IMG/VR virus record: IMGVR_UViG_3300045999_008996
Coordinates: 62,001-126,000 of that record
Reading direction: 5' to 3' (one strand)
DNA length: 64,000 nt
The stretch's first letter is position 1. Each line of letters starts with the position of its first letter. Under the pieces are notes generated by a model, which saw only the letters and a list, made by a program, of their open reading frames with translations, was not told the DNA's origin and did no database searches. Below, piece by piece: positions 7,575 to 15,403 of this stretch. The position numbers and the translations under genes are program-made.

Positions 7575-7812
7575 CGTATTCAGTAATAAAAGCAAATGCT
7601 AAACAAAACCTTCGTTGTTGAAAATCTACACTCATAAGAGAATTACCAAAGAAAGAAAACAAGAGGTTGATACCACCAGCAGAATGAATTATTTTACCGG
7701 GAGTTTCACAATTCACCCAAAGTAATGATTTGTTTTTGATGATACCAAACTGCCAGGTGTGAGATACTTCACCATCCTGATAAGTTTGTTTGGAGTGTTC
7801 GTAGATTTTCAT
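7567..7812 (-). CDS. Hypothetical beta-rich protein
   Basis: ORF track. Confidence 0.65.
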   Translation of the reverse strand: MKIYEHSKQTYQDGEVSHTWQFGIIKNKSLLWVNCETPGKIIHSAGGINLLFSFFGNSLMSVDFQQRRFCLAFAFITEYDD

Positions 7813-8006
7813 TTTTCAAGAACAAACAGAGTGTCAGAAATCATTTGTTTGGTGAAGTAAATTTCACCTTTATCAGTTACGAAAGAAAAGTATTTGAGGT
7901 CAGAAACTTTTCCCAAAAACTCTCCAATCTCCGCATATTTCTTTTCATCATATTCATTTTCAACACCTTCAAAGACACCGTATTTTGTGTGTGCGATGAT
8001 TTTCAT
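7809..8006 (-). CDS. Hypothetical protein
   Basis: ORF track, start MKIIAHTK after an AAGGA RBS. Confidence 0.7.
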   Translation of the reverse strand: MKIIAHTKYGVFEGVENEYDEKKYAEIGEFLGKVSDLKYFSFVTDKGEIYFTKQMISDTLFVLEK

Positions 8007-8030
8007 TGGAGTTCCTTTGTGTATGAAGTC

Positions 8031-8090
8031 ATTATACGACAAAACCACCGACCACAGGAGGGTCAGTGTGCCAGTTCATCAAGTGTACAC
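8031..8090 (-). promoter_or_regulatory. Repeated early promoter/stem-loop motif, copy 2
   Basis: TATAAT 8031-8036; plus-strand GTGCCAGTT 8068-8076 and AAGTGTACAC 8081-8090. Confidence 0.65.
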
Positions 8091-8390
8091 CTGAACCTCA
8101 AAGGTGTATGATTTTCTAAAATGTTCCATATTCATATGCATACTCACCACTTTTGCATCACCTTTTTGAACTTTACCAGCAACATCCAAAAAAGTATCTT
8201 CTGTTGGTTCATAAGATATGAAGGCTTTTGTAGGGTCTACTGCTGTAATACCAGTATTTGAAGTTGCGACCGATAAAGTAGTTACACCAGATACATTCCA
8301 TTCTGGTGGCAATTCAATTTTTTCTTCTACTACTGGTTCTTCTTTCTTTCCGTAAAGTTCTTCGTATTTTGCGATTAAAGGATTAGTCAT
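8079..8390 (-). CDS. Hypothetical protein
   Basis: ORF track. Confidence 0.7.
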   Translation of the reverse strand: MTNPLIAKYEELYGKKEEPVVEEKIELPPEWNVSGVTTLSVATSNTGITAVDPTKAFISYEPTEDTFLDVAGKVQKGDAKVVSMHMNMEHFRKSYTFEVQVYT

Positions 8391-8620
8391 TATACCATAT
8401 CCTCAAAGTCTCTGGGTTCTACATAAGGGTCTTCACAACCAGTATAAGCATACATTTTATTATTCATCTTATACCAGTCGTGATTGAGAGCATACCAGAA
8501 GGTCATGCAATACCAATCATAAAATCCAAGTCCTTCATCATAAGAACCAAATACATTAGTTTCTTCTGGAACTCTCATCCAGATTTTCCAATAATCAAAG
8601 ATTAGTTTAGTGAGTTTCAT
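8390..8620 (-). CDS. Hypothetical aromatic-rich protein
   Basis: ORF track, start MKLTKLIF after GAGGAGG. Confidence 0.65.
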   Translation of the reverse strand: MKLTKLIFDYWKIWMRVPEETNVFGSYDEGLGFYDWYCMTFWYALNHDWYKMNNKMYAYTGCEDPYVEPRDFEDMV

Positions 8621-8782
8621 AATACATATCCTCCTCATATTTTACATAATCACTTTGAAGATAGTTGAAGAACTCTCCATCATCGTGGGTCATAGTATAG
8701 CACCATTCATCAAAACATTCACCAAACCACCACCAACCAGATTGGAGTTTCTCAAAGACATTCATAGGACGATTGTATTTCA

Positions 8783-8968
8783 TCAGTCATACCTAATCTT
8801 CTTTGGATTGTTTTTGGTTCCACATACAGGACACTTTATACCATCCATCACCAGTTGTCTATCACAAGAATTACACCAAAAGAAACCATACTTTGCCTGT
8901 TTGGATTTCTCACGATTTCTTGGTGTATAGTCATCATCTATCTTTCTCATCCACCCAATAAAATCCAA
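8783..8968 (-). CDS. Small Zn-ribbon protein
   Basis: CNSC...CPVC. Confidence 0.6.
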   Translation of the reverse strand: MDFIGWMRKIDDDYTPRNREKSKQAKYGFFWCNSCDRQLVMDGIKCPVCGTKNNPKKIRYD

Positions 8969-9578
8969 GACAAGTTTTCATAAAGAACCGAACAATCATA
9001 CTCGGTTTATCAGGCATATAATACCTCAAATATCGTTGATTACCAATTGTATAATAACCTTTATGATTACTTCCCTGTTTGATTACAAAAGAGGTTTCAG
9101 TATAAGAACCAGCACTCAATCCAGTTGTTGTATAAGCAAGTTTTAGGTAAGGAAACTGTCCGTGCTCCTTTGCATATTCAAAGTTCTCAATAATTCTATC
9201 AAACTTTATGCTGTATAACTTTTCTGAAAGATATTTGGATTGATGGAACTTGTTTTTAGTATTCTCTATCTGGGCATCAATCTTCTCATCAAACTCTTGT
9301 GTGATTTCATCCAGAGTTTTAGGTTTCTCTGGGATAATAAGGAGATGTTTGACTTTATCAAAGTTTTCATTAGTTTCAGATACTTTCAATCCCATAGCAC
9401 AAAATACTGCCTCTACATCTTTGATAGAAGTTAGTTTAGTAGTATCTACATCATACCACTTACTTCCAATATGTAAAGTTCCTACTGGTGGAATATAAGT
9501 GTTGTTTTGAACGCTTGCTGGGTAAGTATCCAATACTGGTTGTCCTATGTTTTGTTCGGTTGGTTTCCAATCAGTCAT
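8934..9578 (-). CDS. Hypothetical protein
   Basis: ORF track, start MTDWKPTE. Confidence 0.75.
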   Translation of the reverse strand: MTDWKPTEQNIGQPVLDTYPASVQNNTYIPPVGTLHIGSKWYDVDTTKLTSIKDVEAVFCAMGLKVSETNENFDKVKHLLIIPEKPKTLDEITQEFDEKIDAQIENTKNKFHQSKYLSEKLYSIKFDRIIENFEYAKEHGQFPYLKLAYTTTGLSAGSYTETSFVIKQGSNHKGYYTIGNQRYLRYYMPDKPSMIVRFFMKTCLGFYWVDEKDR

Positions 9579-9707
9579 AATTTTCAAGTTCCTCACACAA
9601 TTCTAACACATTATCATAAATCACAGGGAAATAGTCCAAAGAGTAAGAAGTGCTACCTCCATAAACATTATCAAACTCTACAAAAAGTTCTTGAAGTTTA
9701 TAATCAG

Positions 9708-9884
9708 TCATTTTGCCTCCATAGCATTAATCACAGCATCACGAGCACTTTTACCTTTTGCTCTATTCATAGGAAATCCAGTATTTATAAACACCCAATC
9801 ACTCTCACCATTCATTTTGAGAGAATGTGGTTTGAATTGATTGAGTAGAAACTCAAGGATTTCTGTGTCTGATGGTTCAGTCAT
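9708..9884 (-). CDS. Hypothetical protein (58 aa)
   Basis: Manual: MTEPSDTEILEFL...SARDAVINAMEAK; ATGA overlaps. Confidence 0.6.
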   Translation of the reverse strand: MTEPSDTEILEFLLNQFKPHSLKMNGESDWVFINTGFPMNRAKGKSARDAVINAMEAK

Positions 9885-10057
9885 CGTATTCCAGTATCAA
9901 AGAGGTTTTTCAGTTCTTCATAAAGTGGTCGTAGTTCAACATATCTTCCATCATGTTTTAGATCACCAGTATCTTTTGTATATAATAGAAGTGTATAGAG
10001 TTGTCGTGCTTGGTCTTCTTGAAGTTCTACGACATAAGATTTTTTGATTTCAATCAT
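9881..10057 (-). CDS. Hypothetical protein (58 aa)
   Basis: Manual: MIEIKKSYVVELQEDQARQLY...; ATGA overlaps. Confidence 0.6.
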   Translation of the reverse strand: MIEIKKSYVVELQEDQARQLYTLLLYTKDTGDLKHDGRYVELRPLYEELKNLFDTGIR

Positions 10058-10338
10058 TCTACATCCCCCAAATCCTTTTCGTCAATCAAAATCACAGTAT
10101 CAAAGGGGATTTCACGACCAAGACCACAATACTTACCAAGTTGATACATAAGGCTCCAAAGTTGGAACTTCACATAACCATCTTCATCTTCCTTTGGAGG
10201 TTCATAAGGATACTTATCAAGCATTCCACCAGCACCCTGAGCACTCCAAAAGTCATTATGGTCTTGTTCCAGCATTTTTTTGCCGTGTTCTGTGAGTTTC
10301 ACACGAACATTATAGTTGATGTTGAAGGATTTAGTCAT
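10054..10338 (-). CDS. Hypothetical phage protein
   Basis: NINYNVRVKLTEHG...DEDGYVKFQLWSLM. Confidence 0.7.
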   Translation of the reverse strand: MTKSFNINYNVRVKLTEHGKKMLEQDHNDFWSAQGAGGMLDKYPYEPPKEDEDGYVKFQLWSLMYQLGKYCGLGREIPFDTVILIDEKDLGDVE

Positions 10339-10583
10339 AATTCAAGAAGTTTCTCAAGTTGTAGTTTTTGTTGGACGAGTTCAACACTTTTCACTCTTTC
10401 GTCATAAAATCTTTTCATATTCTCACGGATTTCTCTTTCTTCTGAGGTCAAATCCATTTGATATTGTAATTTCAAAAGAAGAATAGTTTCCAAATCTTTG
10501 AGGACACTTACTGGAATATCCAAAAACTCATCATAAGTCATTTTCCTATCCAAATAACAATGGACATAATCAACCAAATCCAT
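10335..10583 (-). CDS. Hypothetical protein
   Basis: ORF track. Confidence 0.6.
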   Translation of the reverse strand: MDLVDYVHCYLDRKMTYDEFLDIPVSVLKDLETILLLKLQYQMDLTSEEREIRENMKRFYDERVKSVELVQQKLQLEKLLEL

Positions 10584-10674
10584 CCCGCAGTATATAAAAA
10601 TGTTTTTTTACCTTCAACAATAAGACCACCTACACAATAAATCTGTGAGATAATCAGGAAGACATCACTTTTTG

Positions 10675-10872
10675 TCATTTGGAGTTCTCCAACTTGTAGA
10701 AATCATATTTGGTTTTACAAGCAGTTGGTTGTTTTATACAATACGAAATTGTTTTTTCTTGTGTTTCTTTTTGTGCTATTGATGTTCCATTAGTAAATCC
10801 CAGAGTAAAAAATAAACCAGCAGTAGCCATAAGAAGAATAAGAACTGGTGGGATGTCATTATCATCGTTCAT
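10675..10872 (-). CDS. Small single-pass membrane protein, tandem paralog A
   Basis: Hydrophobic N-terminus, YCIKQPTACKTKYDFYKLE. Confidence 0.75.
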   Translation of the reverse strand: MNDDNDIPPVLILLMATAGLFFTLGFTNGTSIAQKETQEKTISYCIKQPTACKTKYDFYKLENSK

Positions 10873-11054
10873 TTCTGGTTCTCCAACTTGTAGAAATCAT
10901 ACTTGGTTTTACAAGCAGTTGGTTTTTCTATGCAGTATGTAATTGTTTCTCTTCGTGTTGTTGATTCTGCGCCATTAAACCCCAACATAAAAAACAAACC
11001 AGCAATAGCAACAAAAAGAATAAGAAATGGGAAGAAATTATCGTCGTTGCTCAT
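10869..11054 (-). CDS. Small single-pass membrane protein, tandem paralog B
   Basis: Hydrophobic N-terminus, YCIEKPTACKTKYDFYKLE. Confidence 0.75.
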   Translation of the reverse strand: MSNDDNFFPFLILFVAIAGLFFMLGFNGAESTTRRETITYCIEKPTACKTKYDFYKLENQK

Positions 11055-11266
11055 TTCCGTGCCTCCCAATACTTACCTTCCATACCACATTCATAATACT
11101 TTCTCGCATGATCACAATACTTACCATTAGATCTTCCCGTCACAACATTTCCAGTCAAAGCAGGATGAAGGCATAAGTCAAATGTGTCTCCAAATCCAGT
11201 AATGCGAGCATTCCAATCTTTCTTATAAAAACGGCAGTCGCAACAGAGACGAATAGGTTCAGTCAT
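11051..11266 (-). CDS. Cys-rich small protein
   Basis: CCDCRFY...FDLC...YC...CG. Confidence 0.7.
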   Translation of the reverse strand: MTEPIRLCCDCRFYKKDWNARITGFGDTFDLCLHPALTGNVVTGRSNGKYCDHARKYYECGMEGKYWEARK

Positions 11267-11289
11267 TTGAAGTTTTTATCTATGAAAGT

Positions 11290-11347
11290 ATCATACCAGA
11301 AAAGGCACCTGTTTTCAAGTGCCCCTGTTCCAGTTCGTCAAGTGTCC
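11290..11347 (-). promoter_or_regulatory. Repeated early promoter/stem-loop motif, copy 3
   Basis: TTGAAA-17-TATGAT; ggcac/gtgcc stem; GTTCCAGTT 11327-11335, AAGTGTCC 11340-11347. Confidence 0.7.
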
Positions 11348-11628
11348 AACATCTTACGAATTTTATCACCAATCAATTCAAGAATACTTTTTTGTCTTGG
11401 AGACCAAGCACTATAATTCATACAAATGTGATTGTATAGTCGTGGAAACTGATTAACAAGATTACAATAATCACCCCCTGATTTCAAACATTTATCAAAT
11501 CCAGCGCCATTAGAACTTTTACAACAATGAATACAGTTACGGCAGTTGATAGCAAGACCAGAAGCAGAATCAACTTGAGTATCAATCAGTCCTTCCAGTT
11601 GTGCCCGTTTTTGTTCAAGATTGTTCAT
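11338..11628 (-). CDS. Cys-rich small protein
   Basis: CRNCIHCC...FDKC...YC...C. Confidence 0.65.
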   Translation of the reverse strand: MNNLEQKRAQLEGLIDTQVDSASGLAINCRNCIHCCKSSNGAGFDKCLKSGGDYCNLVNQFPRLYNHICMNYSAWSPRQKSILELIGDKIRKMLDT

Positions 11629-11843
11629 AAGTTCTCCAATTCATCACATACATCAAGTATAGCACGGGCATCAAGCACCATATCTTCCACACCTTCCTCT
11701 TCACAACACTGATAGTATTGGAGTTGTTCTACTACCTCACGGAGAGCATTAGCAATCTCATATCCATCAACATTACAGGGATGTGGTTCATTCTTCCAGA
11801 ATGCTTCAAATACTTTTTGTGCTACTTCTTTTTTGTTAGTCAT
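11625..11843 (-). CDS. Hypothetical protein
   Basis: ORF track, start MTNKKEVA. Confidence 0.65.
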   Translation of the reverse strand: MTNKKEVAQKVFEAFWKNEPHPCNVDGYEIANALREVVEQLQYYQCCEEEGVEDMVLDARAILDVCDELENL

Positions 11844-11963
11844 ACCAACACATCCAAGTAATACCAAAAAATGAACCAAGCATAAATCCTACAGCAACAT
11901 TAGAAGGAACTAAAAAGGAAATAGCAATAATAACTGCCCAGAGTAGAAAGATTTTCATTTTAG

Positions 11964-12158
11964 TCAAATCGGATAAGGTTGTTGTGGGTCTTTATACCAC
12001 ACTTTCTTGTACAATAACCACGGTTCATCACTATTGATATTATGAACCATTTGTGCCATCCAGTGGAAACCACAAGAATCTACGGAATCCAAATAATGAA
12101 TGCCTGTTTTAGGACAGATAGTTCTTGTGACAGATACAAACTTAATTTTCTCAACCAT
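11964..12158 (-). CDS. Hypothetical protein
   Basis: ORF track, start MVEKIKFV after GGAG. Confidence 0.65.
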   Translation of the reverse strand: MVEKIKFVSVTRTICPKTGIHYLDSVDSCGFHWMAQMVHNINSDEPWLLYKKVWYKDPQQPYPI

Positions 12159-12255
12159 AATCAAACTCCGTCTGGTAGATTTCCTGTTACACAAAGAATA
12201 AAAGCAACAATAAAGAAAATCCCAAGTCCTACTGGAAGTGAGTAATCTGGGTCAG

Positions 12256-12519
12256 TCATTTGTGTTCTTTATACCAACTAAGGTCTCTTGGTCGTGTAGT
12301 AATTACATCCAAATAAAGTTGAAATCGTTTGTATCGGATATAAAATCCAAGCAAAAACCCCGAACTGATACACAAAGAAAATTCTGGGAGGATAGAATCG
12401 GAACCAAAATCATCCCACTGGACTGTAATATCAACTAGAGCAAACTTTTGGAATCTAAGGACTTGGAAAAACCATTCTTTTCCAAAATCTTCATAAGTTT
12501 CATAATCAAAGAGTTTCAT
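12256..12519 (-). CDS. Hypothetical beta-rich protein, paralog of 14020..14298
   Basis: EDFGKEW...LP...G.LL motif shared with 14020..14298. Confidence 0.7.
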   Translation of the reverse strand: MKLFDYETYEDFGKEWFFQVLRFQKFALVDITVQWDDFGSDSILPEFSLCISSGFLLGFYIRYKRFQLYLDVITTRPRDLSWYKEHK

Positions 12520-12793
12520 ACTTTGCCTCAACTTCTTTCACACGCTCCATGAAACTATCCTCTCCGTGGTCTCCACTATACAAATAGTCCACGTGCCTCA
12601 TAATTTCTGCCATCTTACGCATCTTGAGAAGTTGTTTCCTCAAATAATTGATAGTTTCAGGTGAGAAGTTGGGAGGAGCATACTCATACTCATCTGGTTT
12701 GTTGTTGTTTTGGATTTCTACTTCCAACTCATCAGCAAACTGTGCTACCTTGTAGTAATCATAACCGCAATCGCCAAAATGTCCGCCTGAAAT
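12506..12793 (-). CDS. Hypothetical protein, probable AUU start
   Basis: AGGAGG (12801-12806), 7-nt spacer, ATT-TCA-GGC-GGA-CAT in frame with track ORF 12506..12727; in-frame TAG at 12809-12811. Confidence 0.65.
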   Translation of the reverse strand: MSGGHFGDCGYDYYKVAQFADELEVEIQNNNKPDEYEYAPPNFSPETINYLRKQLLKMRKMAEIMRHVDYLYSGDHGEDSFMERVKEVEAKYETL

Positions 12794-12820
12794 AGGATTT
12801 CCTCCTTTCTATCTGAACAT

Positions 12821-12877
12821 ATTATACCAGAGAAACACTTACTTCCAAGTGCCCTTGTGCCAGTTTCATAAGTGGTC
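12821..12877 (-). promoter_or_regulatory. Repeated early promoter/stem-loop motif, copy 4
   Basis: TTGGAA-16-TATAAT; GTGCCAGTT 12857-12865, AAGTGGTC 12870-12877. Confidence 0.7.
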
Positions 12878-13623
12878 TAATTTAGTTTTCTTCCTAATAC
12901 CCATCCATCAGCAGGACATTCTTCACTTCTTTTACATTCTATTCCATTATTCCACCATTTTTTAGTTTTCATACTTTCACTTATTTTTCTTTTACATTCT
13001 TCAGATAATTCTTTTCCATAATTGGGATTATTTTTTCCAAGTTTAGATATTTTTATCTTGGATTTTGTTTCTTCAGAATGTTTTTTTCCTGTATTTGATT
13101 TGCGAAGTTTTTCTTTGTGTTCTTCTGTCAACGAAGGTTTATTTCTTCCTGTATGAGAAATGGAAATTTTTCTTTTATGCTCTTCAGAAAGAGATTTGCC
13201 GTAGTTGTGATGTTTATCTCCTTTTTGACTTTCGCTAAAATATCTTATCAACTCTTCAGGATGTTTTTTGCCATAAAATGGATTATTTTTTCCAGATAAT
13301 GATTTTCTCCACCTATTTTTTAGATTTTCATACAAAGTAGAATTATAATATCTATTGTGTTTTCCATCTTGAGATGCTCTCATCATCCAAAAAGCATAAG
13401 TCATTTTTCTGGATTTTTCATTATCAATACCATATCTTTTTATAAATGCCTTTTCTAATAATGCGTGAGCAATATAATGCTCCTTCCCAGTAAGAACAAC
13501 AACTCTATTATTCTTTCCAAAAATACTTATGGGAAATGTATGGTGTTTTTCTGTATAACCTTCAGGAGGAGTTCTGTTCTCTGCTTTCCTTATAAGGTTA
13601 CAATATATCTTTAGATAGTTCAT
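12877..13623 (-). CDS. Free-standing HNH-type (MobE-like) homing endonuclease with NUMOD3 repeats
   Basis: YTEKHHTFP...VVLTGKEHYIAHALL; NPFYGKKH and HSEETKSKI NUMOD3 motifs. Confidence 0.85.
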   Translation of the reverse strand: MNYLKIYCNLIRKAENRTPPEGYTEKHHTFPISIFGKNNRVVVLTGKEHYIAHALLEKAFIKRYGIDNEKSRKMTYAFWMMRASQDGKHNRYYNSTLYENLKNRWRKSLSGKNNPFYGKKHPEELIRYFSESQKGDKHHNYGKSLSEEHKRKISISHTGRNKPSLTEEHKEKLRKSNTGKKHSEETKSKIKISKLGKNNPNYGKELSEECKRKISESMKTKKWWNNGIECKRSEECPADGWVLGRKLN

Positions 13624-13648
13624 TTCTATTCTATTGAAACCGCATTAG

Positions 13649-13656
13649 TATTTATA
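13649..13656 (-). promoter_or_regulatory. T4-type late promoter TATAAATA for the HNH gene
   Basis: Exact consensus about 26 nt upstream of ATG. Confidence 0.8.
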
Positions 13657-13659
13657 ATA

Positions 13660-13719
13660 GAAAAGGTGCCCAAAAGAGCACCCAATCTTATCTGTAGAGA
13701 TTGCGGTTTCAACAGATAT
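13660..13719 (-). ncRNA. Putative antisense sRNA / RNA switch upstream of the HNH endonuclease
   Basis: ATAAATA 13723-13729; stem tatctgt/acagata around a segment complementary to leader 13630-13644; terminator ggtgctc-UUUU-gggcacc-UUUU. Confidence 0.5.
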
Positions 13720-13728
13720 TGTTATTTA

Positions 13729-14016
13729 TCATGGTTGTGTCTCCGTTGTTACTGGGGGTGGGGATGGTGCTACTGGAGGTACTATAACAGGTTGTGGGAT
13801 TGGTTGGACAGGAGGTTGTGCCACTTCTACAACTGGTTTCTGAGATTCTTCAATTTGTTTTTCAAGTTCGCTAATTTTTTCTTCAAATGCATTAATACTT
13901 GGTGTTTCTACTGGTGAAGGATTTTTACTTTCTTCAGCAAGTTTCCAACCAGTAATACCAGCACCAAAAATACTAGCAAGTGCAGCAAAAACAGAAATAG
14001 TCTTTGAAAAACTCAT
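13729..14016 (-). CDS. Membrane-anchored/secreted protein with coiled coil and Pro-rich tail
   Basis: Hydrophobic N-terminus, PPVQPIPQPVIVPPVAPSPPP. Confidence 0.7.
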   Translation of the reverse strand: MSFSKTISVFAALASIFGAGITGWKLAEESKNPSPVETPSINAFEEKISELEKQIEESQKPVVEVAQPPVQPIPQPVIVPPVAPSPPPVTTETQP

Positions 14017-14019
14017 AGT

Positions 14020-14298
14020 TTAGTCTTTAGTAATTTCGTTTGGTTGAATGTAAAAAAGTTCATCTCGCCAGTTTCGACCAGCAATATCAAAAGTAAATCC
14101 TATTCGCCCAATAGAAAAAAGGACTGATAAGAGTCTACCATACCCCATAGAGATTTGGAGATAAGGTAACTCAATCCATTTTCCATATTCACCATAATCA
14201 ATCGCAAATTGAAGGAGTGAATATCGTCTTCCAGTACAAAGAGTCACATAATACTCTTTACCATAATCTTCTCTTACACCAACTTGAAAGAACTTCAT
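14020..14298 (-). CDS. Hypothetical beta-rich protein
   Basis: Start MKFFQV; paralog of 12256..12519. Confidence 0.7.
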   Translation of the reverse strand: MKFFQVGVREDYGKEYYVTLCTGRRYSLLQFAIDYGEYGKWIELPYLQISMGYGRLLSVLFSIGRIGFTFDIAGRNWRDELFYIQPNEITKD

Positions 14299-14756
14299 TC
14301 GGATGCTCTCCATTGTTTTCTCATTTTAACATACTCTGGATCATAGGCAACCTTGTCGCGTACTTCTTTAAATATGCTCGCAGACTGTGCTTTAATGGAA
14401 ACCAATGCATCTGCTTCTTGGGGTAATACGGCACCAGACGAATCGTATTTTTTTCCGTCCTTATGATTCGCATATCGTCGGCTGCGAGTGAATCCCATCT
14501 CAAGGAATTTCCGCGCCATATCCATTCCAATGAAATCCTTCTGTCGTTTGTAATCACAATACATTTCGTATATCTTATGAGAAGATTTACGAGCAGTAAC
14601 CACATCCTTGAACCTCCAATGAGCACAGATCTCATCAGTATATGGTCGAACAAGGAGCACTCCCTGTTCACCACGACCAATACGATAAAGTTTTCTGATA
14701 TTTATGTCAGTGAAGTTCAAGTTTTTATAATCTAAAGAGTAATCAAACTCCTTCAT
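14295..14756 (-). CDS. DUF4385 family protein
   Basis: YRIGRGEQGVLLVRPY...DFIGMDMARKFLEMGFTRSRRYANHK. Confidence 0.8.
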   Translation of the reverse strand: MKEFDYSLDYKNLNFTDINIRKLYRIGRGEQGVLLVRPYTDEICAHWRFKDVVTARKSSHKIYEMYCDYKRQKDFIGMDMARKFLEMGFTRSRRYANHKDGKKYDSSGAVLPQEADALVSIKAQSASIFKEVRDKVAYDPEYVKMRKQWRASE

Positions 14757-15321
14757 TAACTTTACCATGAAGAGGACAATCACCATTTACCCACTTACGA
14801 CCGTCTGGCATTTCTTCATTATCCATTACAGGACACTTACAACCTTTTTCAACTGCTTCAGTAGAACCAGGAACAAGACCTTTCCACCCTTTATAATATT
14901 CCTCCACAGTCATTGCTTCCATTTCTTCTTCAGTATAATTTGGATTATCAGGTTGCTGACAGCGTGACAGTTTTGCTTTCAGATCATAAATCTCATCTTC
15001 CAACTTCCGAAACTCTTTTGCATAATCTTCTGCCATTTTCAGTTCAAACTCTTCCGCAATCTTACACATATCTTCTTCACTACGCATATCATTAAATGCA
15101 AGTGAACAAGCACCATTCATAATACCGATTTCATTATGTCCCATTGTGCGGGCAACAGTTCCAAAGAAACGGAAGAGTTGAATGGTGTTAATGTCTTCAC
15201 AGGGAATTTCAAAAGTATAATGCTCCTCAGGAAGAGTTCCGTCGTCATACATTCCAGAACCTCCAAGATTAGGGGTCCATTCGGCGTCAAAATGCACACG
15301 AAGTTTTGCTTTGTAAGTCAT
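14743..15321 (-). CDS. Hypothetical protein with C-terminal GCxCP..DN..CPLH metal-binding module
   Basis: Start MTYKAKL; PGSTEAVEKGCKCPVMDN...WVNGDCPLHG. Confidence 0.7.
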   Translation of the reverse strand: MTYKAKLRVHFDAEWTPNLGGSGMYDDGTLPEEHYTFEIPCEDINTIQLFRFFGTVARTMGHNEIGIMNGACSLAFNDMRSEEDMCKIAEEFELKMAEDYAKEFRKLEDEIYDLKAKLSRCQQPDNPNYTEEEMEAMTVEEYYKGWKGLVPGSTEAVEKGCKCPVMDNEEMPDGRKWVNGDCPLHGKVNEGV

Positions 15322-15343
15322 TGATCTTGATTTGTATGCACAT

Positions 15344-15403
15344 ACTATAAGACCCCCTGACGGAAAAATCAAGGGGTGTTGTGACGGTTTTTGGATTGGT
15401 CTC
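15344..15403 (-). promoter_or_regulatory. Repeated early promoter/stem-loop motif, copy 5 (divergent)
   Basis: TTGATT-17-TATAGT; cccctga/tcaagggg stem; GTGACGGTT 15381-15389. Confidence 0.55.

Noticed and set aside
9782-9789. TATAAATA late-promoter match
   Set aside because: Inside a coding region (FINT codons) in an early-type cluster; plausible by chance in AT-rich DNA.
5252-13623. Endonucleases as intron- or intein-encoded
   Set aside because: No interrupted host gene or group I core was recognised; both are free-standing with their own late promoters.
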